Of a stretch of 64,000 nucleotides of DNA, positions 39,895 through 53,064 are shown piece by piece (the first letter of the stretch is position 1; every line of letters begins with the position of its first letter). The translations under genes and the position numbers were made by a program. This DNA comes from Octopus vulgaris. Taxonomy: Eukaryota. A model generated the notes under the pieces. That model was not told the DNA's origin, did no database searches, and saw only the letters and a program-made list of their open reading frames with translations. Location of the stretch: the NCBI GenBank assembly GCA_951406725.2, contig OX597820.1:60140001-60204000 (forward strand), in the 5' to 3' direction.

Positions 39895-41263
39895 TCATGT
39901 AATGAACAGCTTCCTAGATTCGAAAGTCAGGATTCGAAACCAAATCTACATTTTTCTACCAGTTCCATTCCTATTGTCTCGGCTTTTGCACTTTGATATT
40001 TATGAGAGTCAACAGTCAGACTTAGGTACTAGCGTTTAAGTGAACAATCTTGGGTTAAATACAGTTCGAGAGGGATAAACTCATTACTTTCCAATTGTTC
40101 TCAGCTTTTTCACTTCAAAATTCATGAGAGCCAACTAAATGTGACAGTTGACTCGCATAAATATCGAAGTGAAAAAGCCGAGAACAATTACATCCAGTTT
40201 TCAAACATAAATACAGTAACCAAATTCAGTCCTTCCTTCTTTCTTTCTATGCCGACGAGGATGCACCTTATTCGAGAAACTCCACTCCCTCTTCTCCTTA
40301 TCTCCTCAAAGACATACAGCATCTCGAAAGAGTCCAGAAGCTGGCTACCCGCATGGTTCATGGTCTCAAAAATTTGTCCTATGAAGAAAGGCTGAGGACG
40401 CTCGACCTTTATTCTCTTGAAAAACGCCGCCGCCGTGGTGATCTCATTCTCGCCCACAACATCATAAGCGGAAAGTGTAACATCTCGAAGGAGCTGTTCT
40501 TCACTCCTGCTCCAGAGCGTCGGCTGCGGGGTCATTCCGAAAAGCTCTACCTGCGACGATTTCATCTCAATCGAAGGAGAGGAGCTTTCTCCGTCCGGGT
40601 TGCGGATCCGTGGAACAAGCTGCCAGACGAGATGGTGAAGATGCCGACGACCGCTTTGTTCAAAGCCTCCCTTGACCTCAAGTGGCCTGAACTCTTTACA
40701 TGAACACCACTGTACTTAACTTCATGTCCCCCTACATGGCCTTGCTATTTGCTTTTGAGCCAAATTAACTAACTAACTAACTAACTAACTAACTACTTGT
40801 CTACACTTACTCTTTTTCTTTTTCCCTTTTCCTCCTGTTATCTGGCAGTCAACAAAAAATGAAGCTACGTACCTACAGGATGGCAAATTATTTGTATCTT
40901 ACATTGGAACAATGAAAATAAAAAGGGCCATTTCAATTAACAATATATTTCTTCTCATTTTAATTGCTGTATATCATCGTTTCTGGGCTGTCAAGTAGAC
41001 AGGGTGAAAGTTGTACGGTCGCTCGATGACAATCCATAAATGAAGAGAGCGAAACAGATGCTCTTCGGTTAGGCGCCAAGTCTCTCACGACCTAATACCG
41101 ATATAACCGAAAGAAATTAACTTAAACAATATAACCTACGTGTGACATTTGGCTCTCATGAATTTCGAAGTACAAAAAGCCGGGAACAACAAGAAAGGAA
41201 CTGGTAGAAAAATGTAGATTCCGTTTCGAATCCTGGCTAAGAATTTAGGAAACTATTCATTAC
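39895..41263. mobile_element. Non-autonomous TIR element with subterminal repeats, interrupted by a CR1
   Basis: Inverted ends AATCTACATTTTTTCTACCAGTTCC / GGAACTGGTAGAAAAATGTAGATT; internal inverted AAAAAGCCGAGAACAA motifs. Confidence 0.6.
40250..40795 (+). mobile_element. CR1 LINE 3' fragment, relatively young
   Basis: MVHGLKNLSYEERLRTLDLYSLEKRRRRGDLI..RLRGH..FSVRVADPWNKLP; (AACT)n tail. Confidence 0.9.
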
Positions 41264-42438
41264 AACTATAACAGACCATACATAACGATCTAGGGGAAAA
41301 GAAATTAGGTACAGTTGCTCAGCTGATGTTAATAATTACAGGAAACGAGAACATCTACACTGAACTAATGAGAAATCTGCAGTTATTCCACCTGGTTTAT
41401 AACAGTCAGTATCTACTAGTAATTATTGGAGCACTTGAATAGGTAACTAATTACCCCAGTATAAATCTAGATTTCACAAAATCGGAAAAAAAACTAGATT
41501 TCACAAAATCGGAAAGAATACGTTGAATCAAGCGATTACAACTGCAAACTATCCGTCACTCCCAAAATATGTAAAACAAGATGTTTAGCATGTATTATGA
41601 TCCACATTTGCAATGACACCCATGTCTATTCCTACTTATGCATGTATGTACACGCAGATGTACATGTGTGCATGTATACATACATACTTGTATACCTACC
41701 TACCTACCTATCTACCTACCTACCTACCTTATTTCATTTTATTAAATTTGTCATAAAGACAGTACATAGATTAGGTAGCTTGCGGGCTGGACAATACATT
41801 AATGAAATGAATGATAATGATGCAAGGATGATAAGGATGGGAGAAGACAGAAAGCGCCCGCCGACCCTCTGCTTCTCTATAACATTGTTCTTTAATAAAT
41901 CATAACATAAGGCAATGAACCTCTTACAAAAATGACTACAATTTTAATGTAAAATTTACATATTTCGGCACTAAGCCTATTCTGTCCCTCGGAAAGGAGC
42001 CCACCTACCTACTTATCTCCATCCATATATACAAAGCTGCAGCTGATGCGTAAATTATAATTAAAGAGTCGTGTTTACTTGTTTATAGGCTACAGACTGG
42101 CTCTTTCTTCATTGGTGGGAAATTTGAAAGCTAAAACCGAGAAAATGAATGTACATACATGCGTATACACATACACACGTGTTCAGATAGCTGCCTACAT
42201 GTAAGCATGTTTGAGTGCGTTCATACATACATACATACGTACATACATACATACATACATACATACATACATACATACATACATACATACATACATACAT
42301 ACATACATACATACATACACAGAAACACGCACACGCAAATTCACACGCACATATATATATATGTATACAGAGAGAGAGAGAGAATAAGAATGAGAGAGTG
42401 TGAGAGAGAGAGAAGGAGAGAGGGAAGGAAAGAGAAAG

Positions 42439-42507
<69 letters not shown>

Positions 42508-42571
42508 TGTGTCGTTGGAATTCGGTATTTTTTTGTTCGACAGCATCCAAGAATAGAAAGAAAATATTTAA

Positions 42572-42725
42572 TTCCTTAGCATTCAAATTATTTTGTCAAA
42601 TGTAAAGCTTTGATTTTAATTAATCATGCATTGTCTCATAGGCTCTGAGATTTCGATGATGCGATTGTTTACTATTAGAATGACATTCTAGGATAAGTGT
42701 GAGAGGTTGTATCTCACCAGTTTGA

Positions 42726-42756
<31 letters not shown>

Positions 42757-42775
42757 ATCACACACACACACACAC

Positions 42776-42825
<50 letters not shown>

Positions 42826-42880
42826 CACAAACACAGGTATACTATTTGGGCCAGGTATGGCCGGTTTAAATGCTGAAGGG
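42572..42880. mobile_element. piggyBac-like MITE
   Basis: TTAA flanks at 42568-42571 and 42881-42884; ends TTCCTTAGCATTCAAA / TTTAAATGCTGAAGGG. Confidence 0.6.
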
Positions 42881-43661
42881 TTAAGGTATGTTAGCGAACT
42901 CAGGGAAAATATTCCGAGTAGATCACTTTGTGAGGAAGTAAAAGGTACATAAGAGTACCTCGATTTTATCTGTTTGGTTGTCTTCTATTTTCACAGTGTG
43001 ATGCCCTAACCATCAACATAATCAAGTCCGACAGATGATACTCCCCTAAGTTACAACGATCCGGCACGGCAACAGGTATTGACACTGTATCTGTTAATCT
43101 AGAGTGCAGTGTGGTTCGTGTCATATTCTTTTGAGCCCTAAGTATATCTGTCCCAAATTCTGGGAAACATGAAACCCAAGAAGAGTGGTATCTCGGATCC
43201 CGCATACCATTGACCTATCATTTCTAATATAGCAAATGTTTTTTAAATGATAATAAACGAAGAAAATGAATAAATGTATATGTGAATTAAGAGTAACATG
43301 TTAGAACTCTCAACTCTAACGTTTCTTAAATGAATGTAATCAACATCATCTCTAAGAATTACATCGAAATTTTGTTCACCAAACGCGAATAAATTTAATG
43401 AATAAAGTGTTGGATTATGAATGAATGAATGGATGGATGAATGAATGAAATAATGAATAAGTAATATCAACTCTAGTTTAATAAAAAATTAACTAATACT
43501 AAACGTCGTTAAAAAAATTGAAATCAGAGAACTTATGACTAATGAATGTGACCCACACAACGAAGACATGTGACACAAATAAGAAACAACAGATCAAGAA
43601 ACGGACTGCAAATCAGAAAAATATAACTTAGAAATAATATATAAAAATGTAAATCACTACT

Positions 43662-43830
43662 ACTTACATTAATTTGTCAACAAAACATGGGTAAAGTTTC
43701 CGAAAGCCGGTCCGTCTTTCTTTGACATTTTCTCTGAATCACTCTGATGTGCTCGCGTTTCCTTCCAAATATATTATGTCGCTTCAACAATAAGCCGGAT
43801 ACGCAGGGAAGGTGTCTTTACGTCACATTG
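43662..43830 (-). promoter_or_regulatory. Candidate promoter and non-coding first exon of the GPCR
   Basis: Minus strand: CRE-like TGACGTAA (~43818-43825), TATA-like TATATTT (~43770), Inr-like TCAGAGT (~43745), donor GTAAGT at 43667-43662; unique-looking sequence; speculative. Confidence 0.3.
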
Positions 43831-44442
43831 TCATACAATAAAGTTAACGCCAGTTTAAGCTGATAATAATTGGACAAAAATGGGAAATGAGAGTTGCTAC
43901 GTAATCCAAGCTTCATGATAATACCGAACAATTATCATTATTCTATTTTTAAAAAAAATTACAAAATAAGTTGTTTCACAGCTTAAATAACATCGACGTC
44001 GATTTTGTTTCCGGCCTTCAGAGTTGATAAAACATGTACTTGTAATATGTTTCTCCTCTAACAAGAGTTATTGTTAACATCGAATGAAGAGAAAAGAAAT
44101 GTTGTTAGACGGAAAGTATTCATAATCCGTATGGAAAGCGAGGTAAATATTTCCTGAAAGAAGTTGGGAAATATCTAAAATAAAATAGACAGACACCCAC
44201 AGAATTTATTAATCACGTACACAGCTACCCTCTTCGAATGATAAGAGAACGTTTGTATTAAAAGAGCCAATCATAACGAACTGTTTGCCATGGCAATGTT
44301 GACTGATAACGTTTAACAAGTTACACTATGTTTTTGTTTCATATACGTGTATGTGTACATATACATGCATGCCATGCATACAAACATACATATATACATA
44401 CAAACATACATACATACATACATACATACATACATACATACA

Positions 44443-44473
<31 letters not shown>

Positions 44474-44675
44474 GGACAGATAGACAGACATATACATATG
44501 TGAGTGTATGCACACATACATACACACACACACGCACGCACACACACATACACACACGCATGCAAACACACACACATACACACACGCACGCACACACACA
44601 TACACACACGCACACATACACACACACATACACACACAAATATACACGTGCTTGTGTATACATATACAAATAGAT

Positions 44676-45065
44676 TAAGCGTGGATGAGTGGCAAGACGT
44701 TTACTTCGTAACCACGCGGTTCTCAGTTCAGTCCCACTGCATGGCACCTTGGGCAAGTGTCTTCTACTATAACCACGGGCCGACCTAAACCTTGGTGAAT
44801 GGAAGCATGTATATATCTATGTGCGTATATGTACATGTATATATCTATGTGCGTGTGTGCTTTTCTATTTGTGTTTCTACCCCACCACTACTGGACAACC
44901 GTTGTTGATTTGTTTACGTTCTCATAACTTAGCAGATCAACAAAAGAGATTGACAGAATATGAAGCACGTTTAAAGAAAAATAAGTAATGGGGTCTGTTT
45001 GTTTGACTAAACTCTTCAAAGCTGTGCTCCAGCATGGCCGAAGTCCAGTTACAGAAACAAGAGAT
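44676..45065 (+). mobile_element. SINE, diverged
   Basis: CAGTCCCACTGCATGGCACCTTGGGCAAGTG core; GCTCCAGCATGGCC tail. Confidence 0.75.
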
Positions 45066-45126
45066 ATAAATTAAAAGTTAAAGCGAAACCCAGGTGCACG
45101 CACACACACACACATACTCGCACTCA

Positions 45127-46463
<1,337 letters not shown>

Positions 46464-46732
46464 CTATTTATTTATTTATTTATTTATTTTATTTTATATA
46501 TATATATATATATGTTGAGGTTATAAGAGGTAATGGTGTCATTGAGACCCAAAGGTGTTATGTAATGCTGAATAAGTGCTATAGACAGACCATAGTTAAG
46601 TTCCAAGTTTGGTGATTTTGCGAATAAGGGGTTCAACGTTGGTCATATGTCAGCGTGTGTATATAAGAATTTTTTGTGTAATGAGATAAAAAACCAAGGC
46701 TGTGTAGATATTAGAATATCTATAGATAGAAG

Positions 46733-46784
46733 ATCTTACGGCTGTTTCCAGGATATTTATTAATTATATCCCTTCATCAGAGAC
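46733..46784 (-). ncRNA. Minimal type I hammerhead ribozyme (left arm)
   Basis: Minus strand: GTCT CTGATGA AGGGATAT aattaataa ATATCCTG GAAA CAGCCG TA AGAT. Confidence 0.75.
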
Positions 46785-47152
46785 GGTGTGAGAGGATGGT
46801 TAAGTAATAATTAATTTGGATAGGATACAAGAGAGTGAGGTGGAGGAAAGAAAATAGATGTGAGATATGTAGGGATATTGAATTTGTAGATCCATTTTTT
46901 TAGGCAGAATGGTATATATGTAAGATTCCAATACCTTATTTTAAAAATCCAATAGTATTTAAAATTGTTCATTCCAACAATTTTAAATACTATTGGATTT
47001 TTAAAATAAGGTATTGGAGTCTTACTTTCTGCCTAAAAAATGGATCTAAAAATTCAATATCCCTACATATCTCATCAATTTTCTTTCCTCCACCTCACTC
47101 TCTATTTTGCATCCTATCCAAATTAATTATTACTTAACCATCCTCTCACACC

Positions 47153-47204
47153 GTCTCTGATGAAGGGATATAATTAATAAATATCCTGGAAACAGCTGTA
47201 AGAC
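47153..47204 (+). ncRNA. Minimal type I hammerhead ribozyme (right arm), intact core
   Basis: GTCT CTGATGA AGGGATAT aattaataa ATATCCTG GAAA CAGCTG TA AGAC; stem I GTCT/AGAC; palindromic stem III ACAGCTGT; predicted cut after GUA at 47200. Confidence 0.85.
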
Positions 47205-47269
47205 TTTCTATCTGTAAATGTTCTAATATCTACACAGCCTTGGTTTTTTATCTCATTACGCAAAAAATT

Positions 47270-47304
<35 letters not shown>

Positions 47305-47309
<5 letters not shown>

Positions 47310-48680
47310 ATCCAAACAAGAAAGCACAAAAAAAAAACACAACACGAGGACGTGGAACAAATATAGTATTATTGGACGCTCAGGAAAGAAGGAAAGAAGG
47401 AGGGTTTAACGTTTCGAGCAGAGCTCTTCGTCGGAAAAATAGGAGAAGGAAAAATCCAGAGAAGGGAAGACAGAGGAAAAAAAATTGCCAACGGTACACA
47501 CGCGGTCACATAATCCGAAATGTATAGTCGAGCAAGGAATACAGTATAATTATAATACCTTATGCTCATCAGAGTTAGCCGATATGGGAGGAGAATATGA
47601 CAACTCCTCTCTATTGTTGGAGGTGGATTAACACGACCGCTATGAAAAAGGTGGTGGAACGAAAAAGGGCCAGAGGATTAGGTTAGGAGTTATGCTCATT
47701 GGTTGGGTATGCTGCAAGGTCGGTAAGAGGTATCTTGAAATGTTTGTAGGGAAGCATCATTATGTGTGGTGCCCCCATGGGGATAGGGTGTGTGATATGT
47801 GTAGTGTGACGCATGCATAATTTTTTCCGGGGGTGTAGATATATATAGCTGTGTTCGTTGGTCTGTTTTCTTTCTGTAATGGTTAAGGTCCTGGGGTTTT
47901 TTATGTTAGTGTGCGGTGTACAATGTGTCTGTGTGTGTGTGTGTGTGGAGGAGTCTGTATATGTGCGGGAGTACAATGTATGTGAAGGGGTGTATGTTAG
48001 GAATGAGGCAGTCTATCTTGTGGGGTGTTCGCCTTATAGGGGTGTGCGTGTATGTACATGCGTGTATGTGCATTGGTGAGTGTTTTGATGAAACTTTTGC
48101 CGGGCCCGAAGGTATTGGTGGAAAGTTGAGGCAGGGGGCCTGTGGTTGCAGTTATGGTGGGGCGCACAAGTACGATAGGATTTATTTGTTTTCATATGGG
48201 CAAGGATTAAACATCTCACTTCTGCTATTCAGGTAAACACCCGGGGATTGGGTACTTTTTAACATTGCTCTCTTCTCAGCCAAGCATAACCTGCACTTCC
48301 TGCTGCTATTTAAGCATCGTTTGCATTTCTCCAGGATCTTCCACTTTATGCTGTATTCTGTGGCGCTTTCTTTCAAAGACCACACTTGCTTGGTTAGGGT
48401 TGTGGTGCTGCGTCTCTCCGGGATGATGAAGAAGGACTTGTTGTTAAAGCGGGTTCTGAAGGGATCTTTTATTACCCTCACATACTTCCACACGCTCGGT
48501 TGTCCATTGGATCCTTTAGCTGTTACCTTTGCCTCGTATACAACTGTTTCCGTGTTGCAATGGTCGTTCAGCGGACAAGTTGTGTTGCCTCTACATTGGC
48601 ATCTAACTTCTGCCACGGGTGTAGACCTACTCATACCCGTTTCTCTGTCACTTTGATGACATGCATTGATGTTTTTCAAT
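47305..48680 (-). mobile_element. Penelope-like retroelement 3' part (GIY-YIG endonuclease plus pLTR)
   Basis: ORF 48182-~48660: CQCR..CPLNDHC..VVYEAKV..RTRFNN..TTLTKQVWSLK..WKILEKC..CRLCLAEK..LNSRSE; hammerhead in the downstream non-coding part. Confidence 0.85.
47405..47437 (-). ncRNA. Minimal hammerhead (CCGACGA core variant) in the Penelope pLTR
   Basis: Minus strand: TTT CCGACGA A GAGC TCT GCTC GAAA CGT TA AA; palindromic stem III AACGTT. Confidence 0.7.
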
Positions 48681-48769
48681 ATTATACATACATACATACA
48701 TCATACATACATACATACATATACAAACACACATATAAATACATATTGAAAGTAATAGAAATGAAACTG

Positions 48770-48802
<33 letters not shown>

Positions 48803-48863
48803 TAATGAAAGTAGTTGAAACTGAAATCATATAATAGAGATGTTATTGTTTCACTTTTGACTC

Positions 48864-48910
<47 letters not shown>

Positions 48911-49673
48911 AGACTCTCCCGTGGAAGACGTATGAGCATTCAGCTTTTCTCGAATGGCCGGCACACATGATTTGTTTATAGTGACCAAATGTTCGTGCCA
49001 CTCATTAGCTCACCACTCGCCATCAAATTGACGCTGTCTGATCAGATGCATGGTGCACCACACATCAGTTGTCGAAGTGATCAGAGTAACGCGAGATGAA
49101 ATGTTTTGTTCAAGAACACAACAAACCACCCGATCTAGGAGTTGAAGTCACGATCACTTAACCAGCATATGTGTATGTGTATGTGAGTGTGTGTATGTGT
49201 ATACATATGTACACATATATACTTACATATATGCATATACATACATACATGTATTCATACATTATATATATAAAACTGAGAATGTGTACCTATCTGTCTG
49301 TATGTATGTGTGCATCACTAAAACTCGAGAACTATCTAACGGATTTCATTCAAATTTTGCACATGCTTTACTTAGGGTCCATACAGTGTCATGGGCCCAA
49401 AAACATGTACTATTGACTCTGTATATTTGCATCTAGGTATTAATTTGTGTATGTTTATTATCACAGTATTAAGTCGAAAAACTGAGACATTGAGTGTGGA
49501 ACACATATATATGTTTACTAATTTATATTATTTATTTATATCATTATGTAAATGTATATTTTTATATGTATAGGAGTGTGAGTATATGCACTCATATGTA
49601 TATATATATGTTGTATTGTGGGTACGCACCCACACCCATGTGAGTATATATGTAGACTGAGTTATATTACATA

Positions 49674-49800
49674 ATCTCCGAAGAGGCCTTGTGATATTTT
49701 TGTTAATGTCTCATTTATATCTATATATTGACCAACCATAAAGGGCTAATATGGGTAAAATGAGACATACTTATCGACATGGCCGAAACAGCTGTAAGAT
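49674..49800 (+). ncRNA. Hammerhead ribozyme with ~100-nt extended stem II
   Basis: ATCT CCGAAGA GGCC..TGTCTCATTT...AAATGAGACA..GGCC GAAA CAGCTG TA AGAT. Confidence 0.7.
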
Positions 49801-50043
49801 CTAATTTATACTTATATTTATATTTACTTGTATTTATATTCTCTTTCATATATATTCTACTTATTATACAACATTACTCTTTTATGTACACTTTTTTATG
49901 TACATTCCTTTATGTACACTGATTTGTTCTGCTTTTTATATTTAATCCTACAGTCTCTTATGTGGTGGTTTAATAAAGTATGTGATTGAGTATTATCTGG
50001 TAATTGATATTTGATTTAGATGTATTTCTCCATTTTCTTATCT

Positions 50044-50091
<48 letters not shown>

Positions 50092-50280
50092 GGCACTCCG
50101 TCGGTTATGACGACGACGAAGGTTCCAGTTGATCCGATCAACGGAACAGCCTGCTCGTGAAATTAACGTGCAAGTGGCTGAGCACTCCGCAGACACGTGT
50201 ACTCTTAACGTATGTATGTATGTATGTATGTATGTATGTATGTATGTATGTATGTATGTATGTATGTATGTATGTATGTA

Positions 50281-50326
<46 letters not shown>

Positions 50327-50327
50327 A

Positions 50328-50495
50328 TCAATTAATCAATTTAGGGTAGCAAAAATAGTCTAGTGAGAAAGAGGAAATAGTCAGAGACTATAAATAAATT
50401 CAACAACAATTGAGGAACGGCCACAATAGGCCGTTCGACCCACTAGAAAGAGGGTCGAACGGCTTATTGTGGCCGTTCCTCAATTCTTGTTGAAT
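50328..50495. mobile_element. (TA)n-embedded hairpin element
   Basis: ~44-bp inverted repeat 50398-50441 / 50452-50495; family of 9149-9711. Confidence 0.6.
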
Positions 50496-50506
50496 ATATA
50501 TATATA

Positions 50507-51670
50507 ACGTAGAGTAGATGAAACCTTAGCGACTGAAGAAGGGGTTTTTTCGTTGTGTTAATTGTCCTGTACTCCATTTTTTGTTGTTTTTAAAAAAAAT
50601 GTCCTGTTCCTTTGGTTTGTGTCTATGTTTTCGTTTCTCTTTGTGTTCGACGTCCCTTTGGTGTCCTGTACTCATATATGCGTGTATATGTACATGTAGA
50701 GGTAGGTACGTACATATATGTTTATATATATGCATATGTTTTATTTCATTTATTAATATATTATATGACAACGCACGCACCCTCTTAAGTAAGATTGTTC
50801 TGTATATCAAGTTTCGCCTTGATATTAACTCTCACGCGCACTCTTCATCTTTCAGTCTCATCCCCATTCTTTGATTTTCTTTTTCTTCTTTTCCCCCTAC
50901 TTAACTCGTCTCTTCCTCTCTCTCTCATTCTTCATTCTCTCTCTCCCCCTTACCATTCTTCATGGCCTCCTCGCACCATTCCCCTTCTTCTCTCCCTTCC
51001 TCTTGCTCCTCCTCCCCCCTTCCCGTCGTCCACCCGCGACGATACTTCCGCCCTGACTGCTAACTTTCTTTCTCGCCTGGCCTTCGAGGCAACTGGACGA
51101 CTTTTCCTGCTCTCTCGTCGTTCACAAAAAATTCTGCGTTTGCAATACTTTTTTCGTTTGGCGTCAACAGCCCTTCTTATCTTGTTTTCCCTGTCCTGTC
51201 TTTTACTGTTATATATATTTTTTTACTGTTTATATATTTTTTTACTGTTTTTTTACTGTTTATATTTTTGTACTGTCGTTATTGTCCTGTTTTTTTACCA
51301 TTTTTTTACCATTTTTTACCCCTCTGCGAAAAGATCTCAGAATTTTAATTGATTTGCTTTTCGCAGGAAGGAAAGTTTCTTGTCGAAGATACGTCTCGCT
51401 TTTATCCTTCGAAACGTAGAGTAGATGAAACCTTAGCGACTGAAGAAGGGGTTTTTTCGTTGTGTTAATTGTCCTGTACTCCATTTTTTGTTGTTTTTTA
51501 AAAAATGTCCTGTTCCTTTGGTTTGTGTCTATGTTTTCGTTTCTCTTTGTGTTCGACGTCCCTTTGGTGTCCTGTACTCATATATGCGTGTATATGTACA
51601 TGTAGAGGTAGGTACGTACATATATGTTTATATATATGCATATGTTTTATTTAATTTATTAATATATATA
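50507..51670 (+). mobile_element. Non-coding element with ~255-bp direct terminal repeats
   Basis: 50507-~50760 repeated at ~51414-51668 (offset ~907); pyrimidine-rich interior. Confidence 0.65.
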
Positions 51671-51674
51671 TATT

Positions 51675-52254
51675 TGTTTTTTTATATTCGTCCCTTTTGC
51701 TGTCCTGGTGTCCGTATGCATTCGATCCTTCTTCCAGGAAATCTACGCTCCCAGCTTAGTTTTTTCTAATGCTCGTTGCTTAGTTTTTCTTGGAGGGCTG
51801 GCCGTGATCTAGTAATCTCAAGATTAATCAGCCGAAATTACTACGATGATCCGGTTCTTGACTGAAGACTGAGGGTTTCGAATGTCCTGTCCGTGTTTAT
51901 TGTATCGTCTTCTAAGAGTTATACGTTCTTGTCCATGTTGTATTTTTCTACATACCTTAACATATATTCCAGGCGCCACGTACCCTCTTAACATTAATGT
52001 GAGCACATATTCTTAATAACTGGTACGACTCTTTGTTTGTCTCTCTCTCTCTCTCACTTTTACTTGATCTGTCCCCTTCTCTCTCTACTCATCCTCTTTT
52101 TCTCTTCTCTTTCCTCTGATTCTTTGGTCTAATCTTCCACTACCCTCCTATTTCTTTGTCTCGCTCTGCACTCACAGGTCGCTCTTCGACACCCATCCCT
52201 TCTCCTCTCTGATTCCTTCTTTCTCTCTCTTCTCGCTCTTTGTCGCGTTTGTCC

Positions 52255-52290
<36 letters not shown>

Positions 52291-52822
52291 GTTGCTTCTC
52301 TTTCTTTTCTTTTCTCTCTTCTCTGTCACGTGACTGCTGGCCGAAATCTGCCTTTCAGCTTCTGACCAGCGTCGTGTTAACATCGTTGTTTTTCGTCCGC
52401 CGCTATAGGCATCGCCGATAAGGCTCCTTTCCTTGCGCCAGAGGAAAAAATTTGTTTGCTTGTTATCAGTCGTAAGACACTTGTTGTTGTTTTCACCGTT
52501 AATGCTTCTGTATTTCATGTTTCTGTATTCCATTATTTTTTTGTTTTTTTATATTCGTCCCTTTTGCTGTCCTGGTGTCCGTATGCATTCGATCCTTCTT
52601 CCAGGAAATCTACGCTCCCAGCTTAGTTTTTCTAATGCTCGTTGCTTAGTTTTTCTTGGAGGGCTGACCGTGATCTAGTAATCTCAAGATTAATCAGCCG
52701 AAATTACTACGATGATCCGGTTCTTGACTGAAGACTGAGGGTTTCGAATGTCCTGTCCGTGTTTATTGTATCGTCTTCTAAGAGTTATACGTTCTTGTCC
52801 ATGTTGTATTTTTCTACATACC

Positions 52823-52826
<4 letters not shown>
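51675..52826 (+). mobile_element. Non-coding element with ~285-bp direct terminal repeats
   Basis: ~51675-51960 repeated at ~52541-52826 (offset ~866); CT-rich interior; ends in (TA)n. Confidence 0.65.
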
Positions 52827-52899
<73 letters not shown>

Positions 52900-53064
52900 A
52901 TGTATTATAGCCGCAGGCCGACCAAAGCCTTGTGAGTGGTTTTCGTACACGGAAACTGAAAGAAGACTGTCGTATATATGCCTATATTCGTGTGTGTGTG
53001 TGTGTGTGTACCCCCAATCATTGCTTGACAACCGATGTTGCTGTGTTTACGTTCCCATAAGGTA

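Larger units (their letters stand above)
46661..47275. mobile_element. ~610-bp palindromic non-coding element with one hammerhead per arm
   Basis: Arms ~46661-46969 and 46976-47275 around a CATTCC loop; right end runs into (TA)n; same family as ~16700-17020. Confidence 0.85.
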
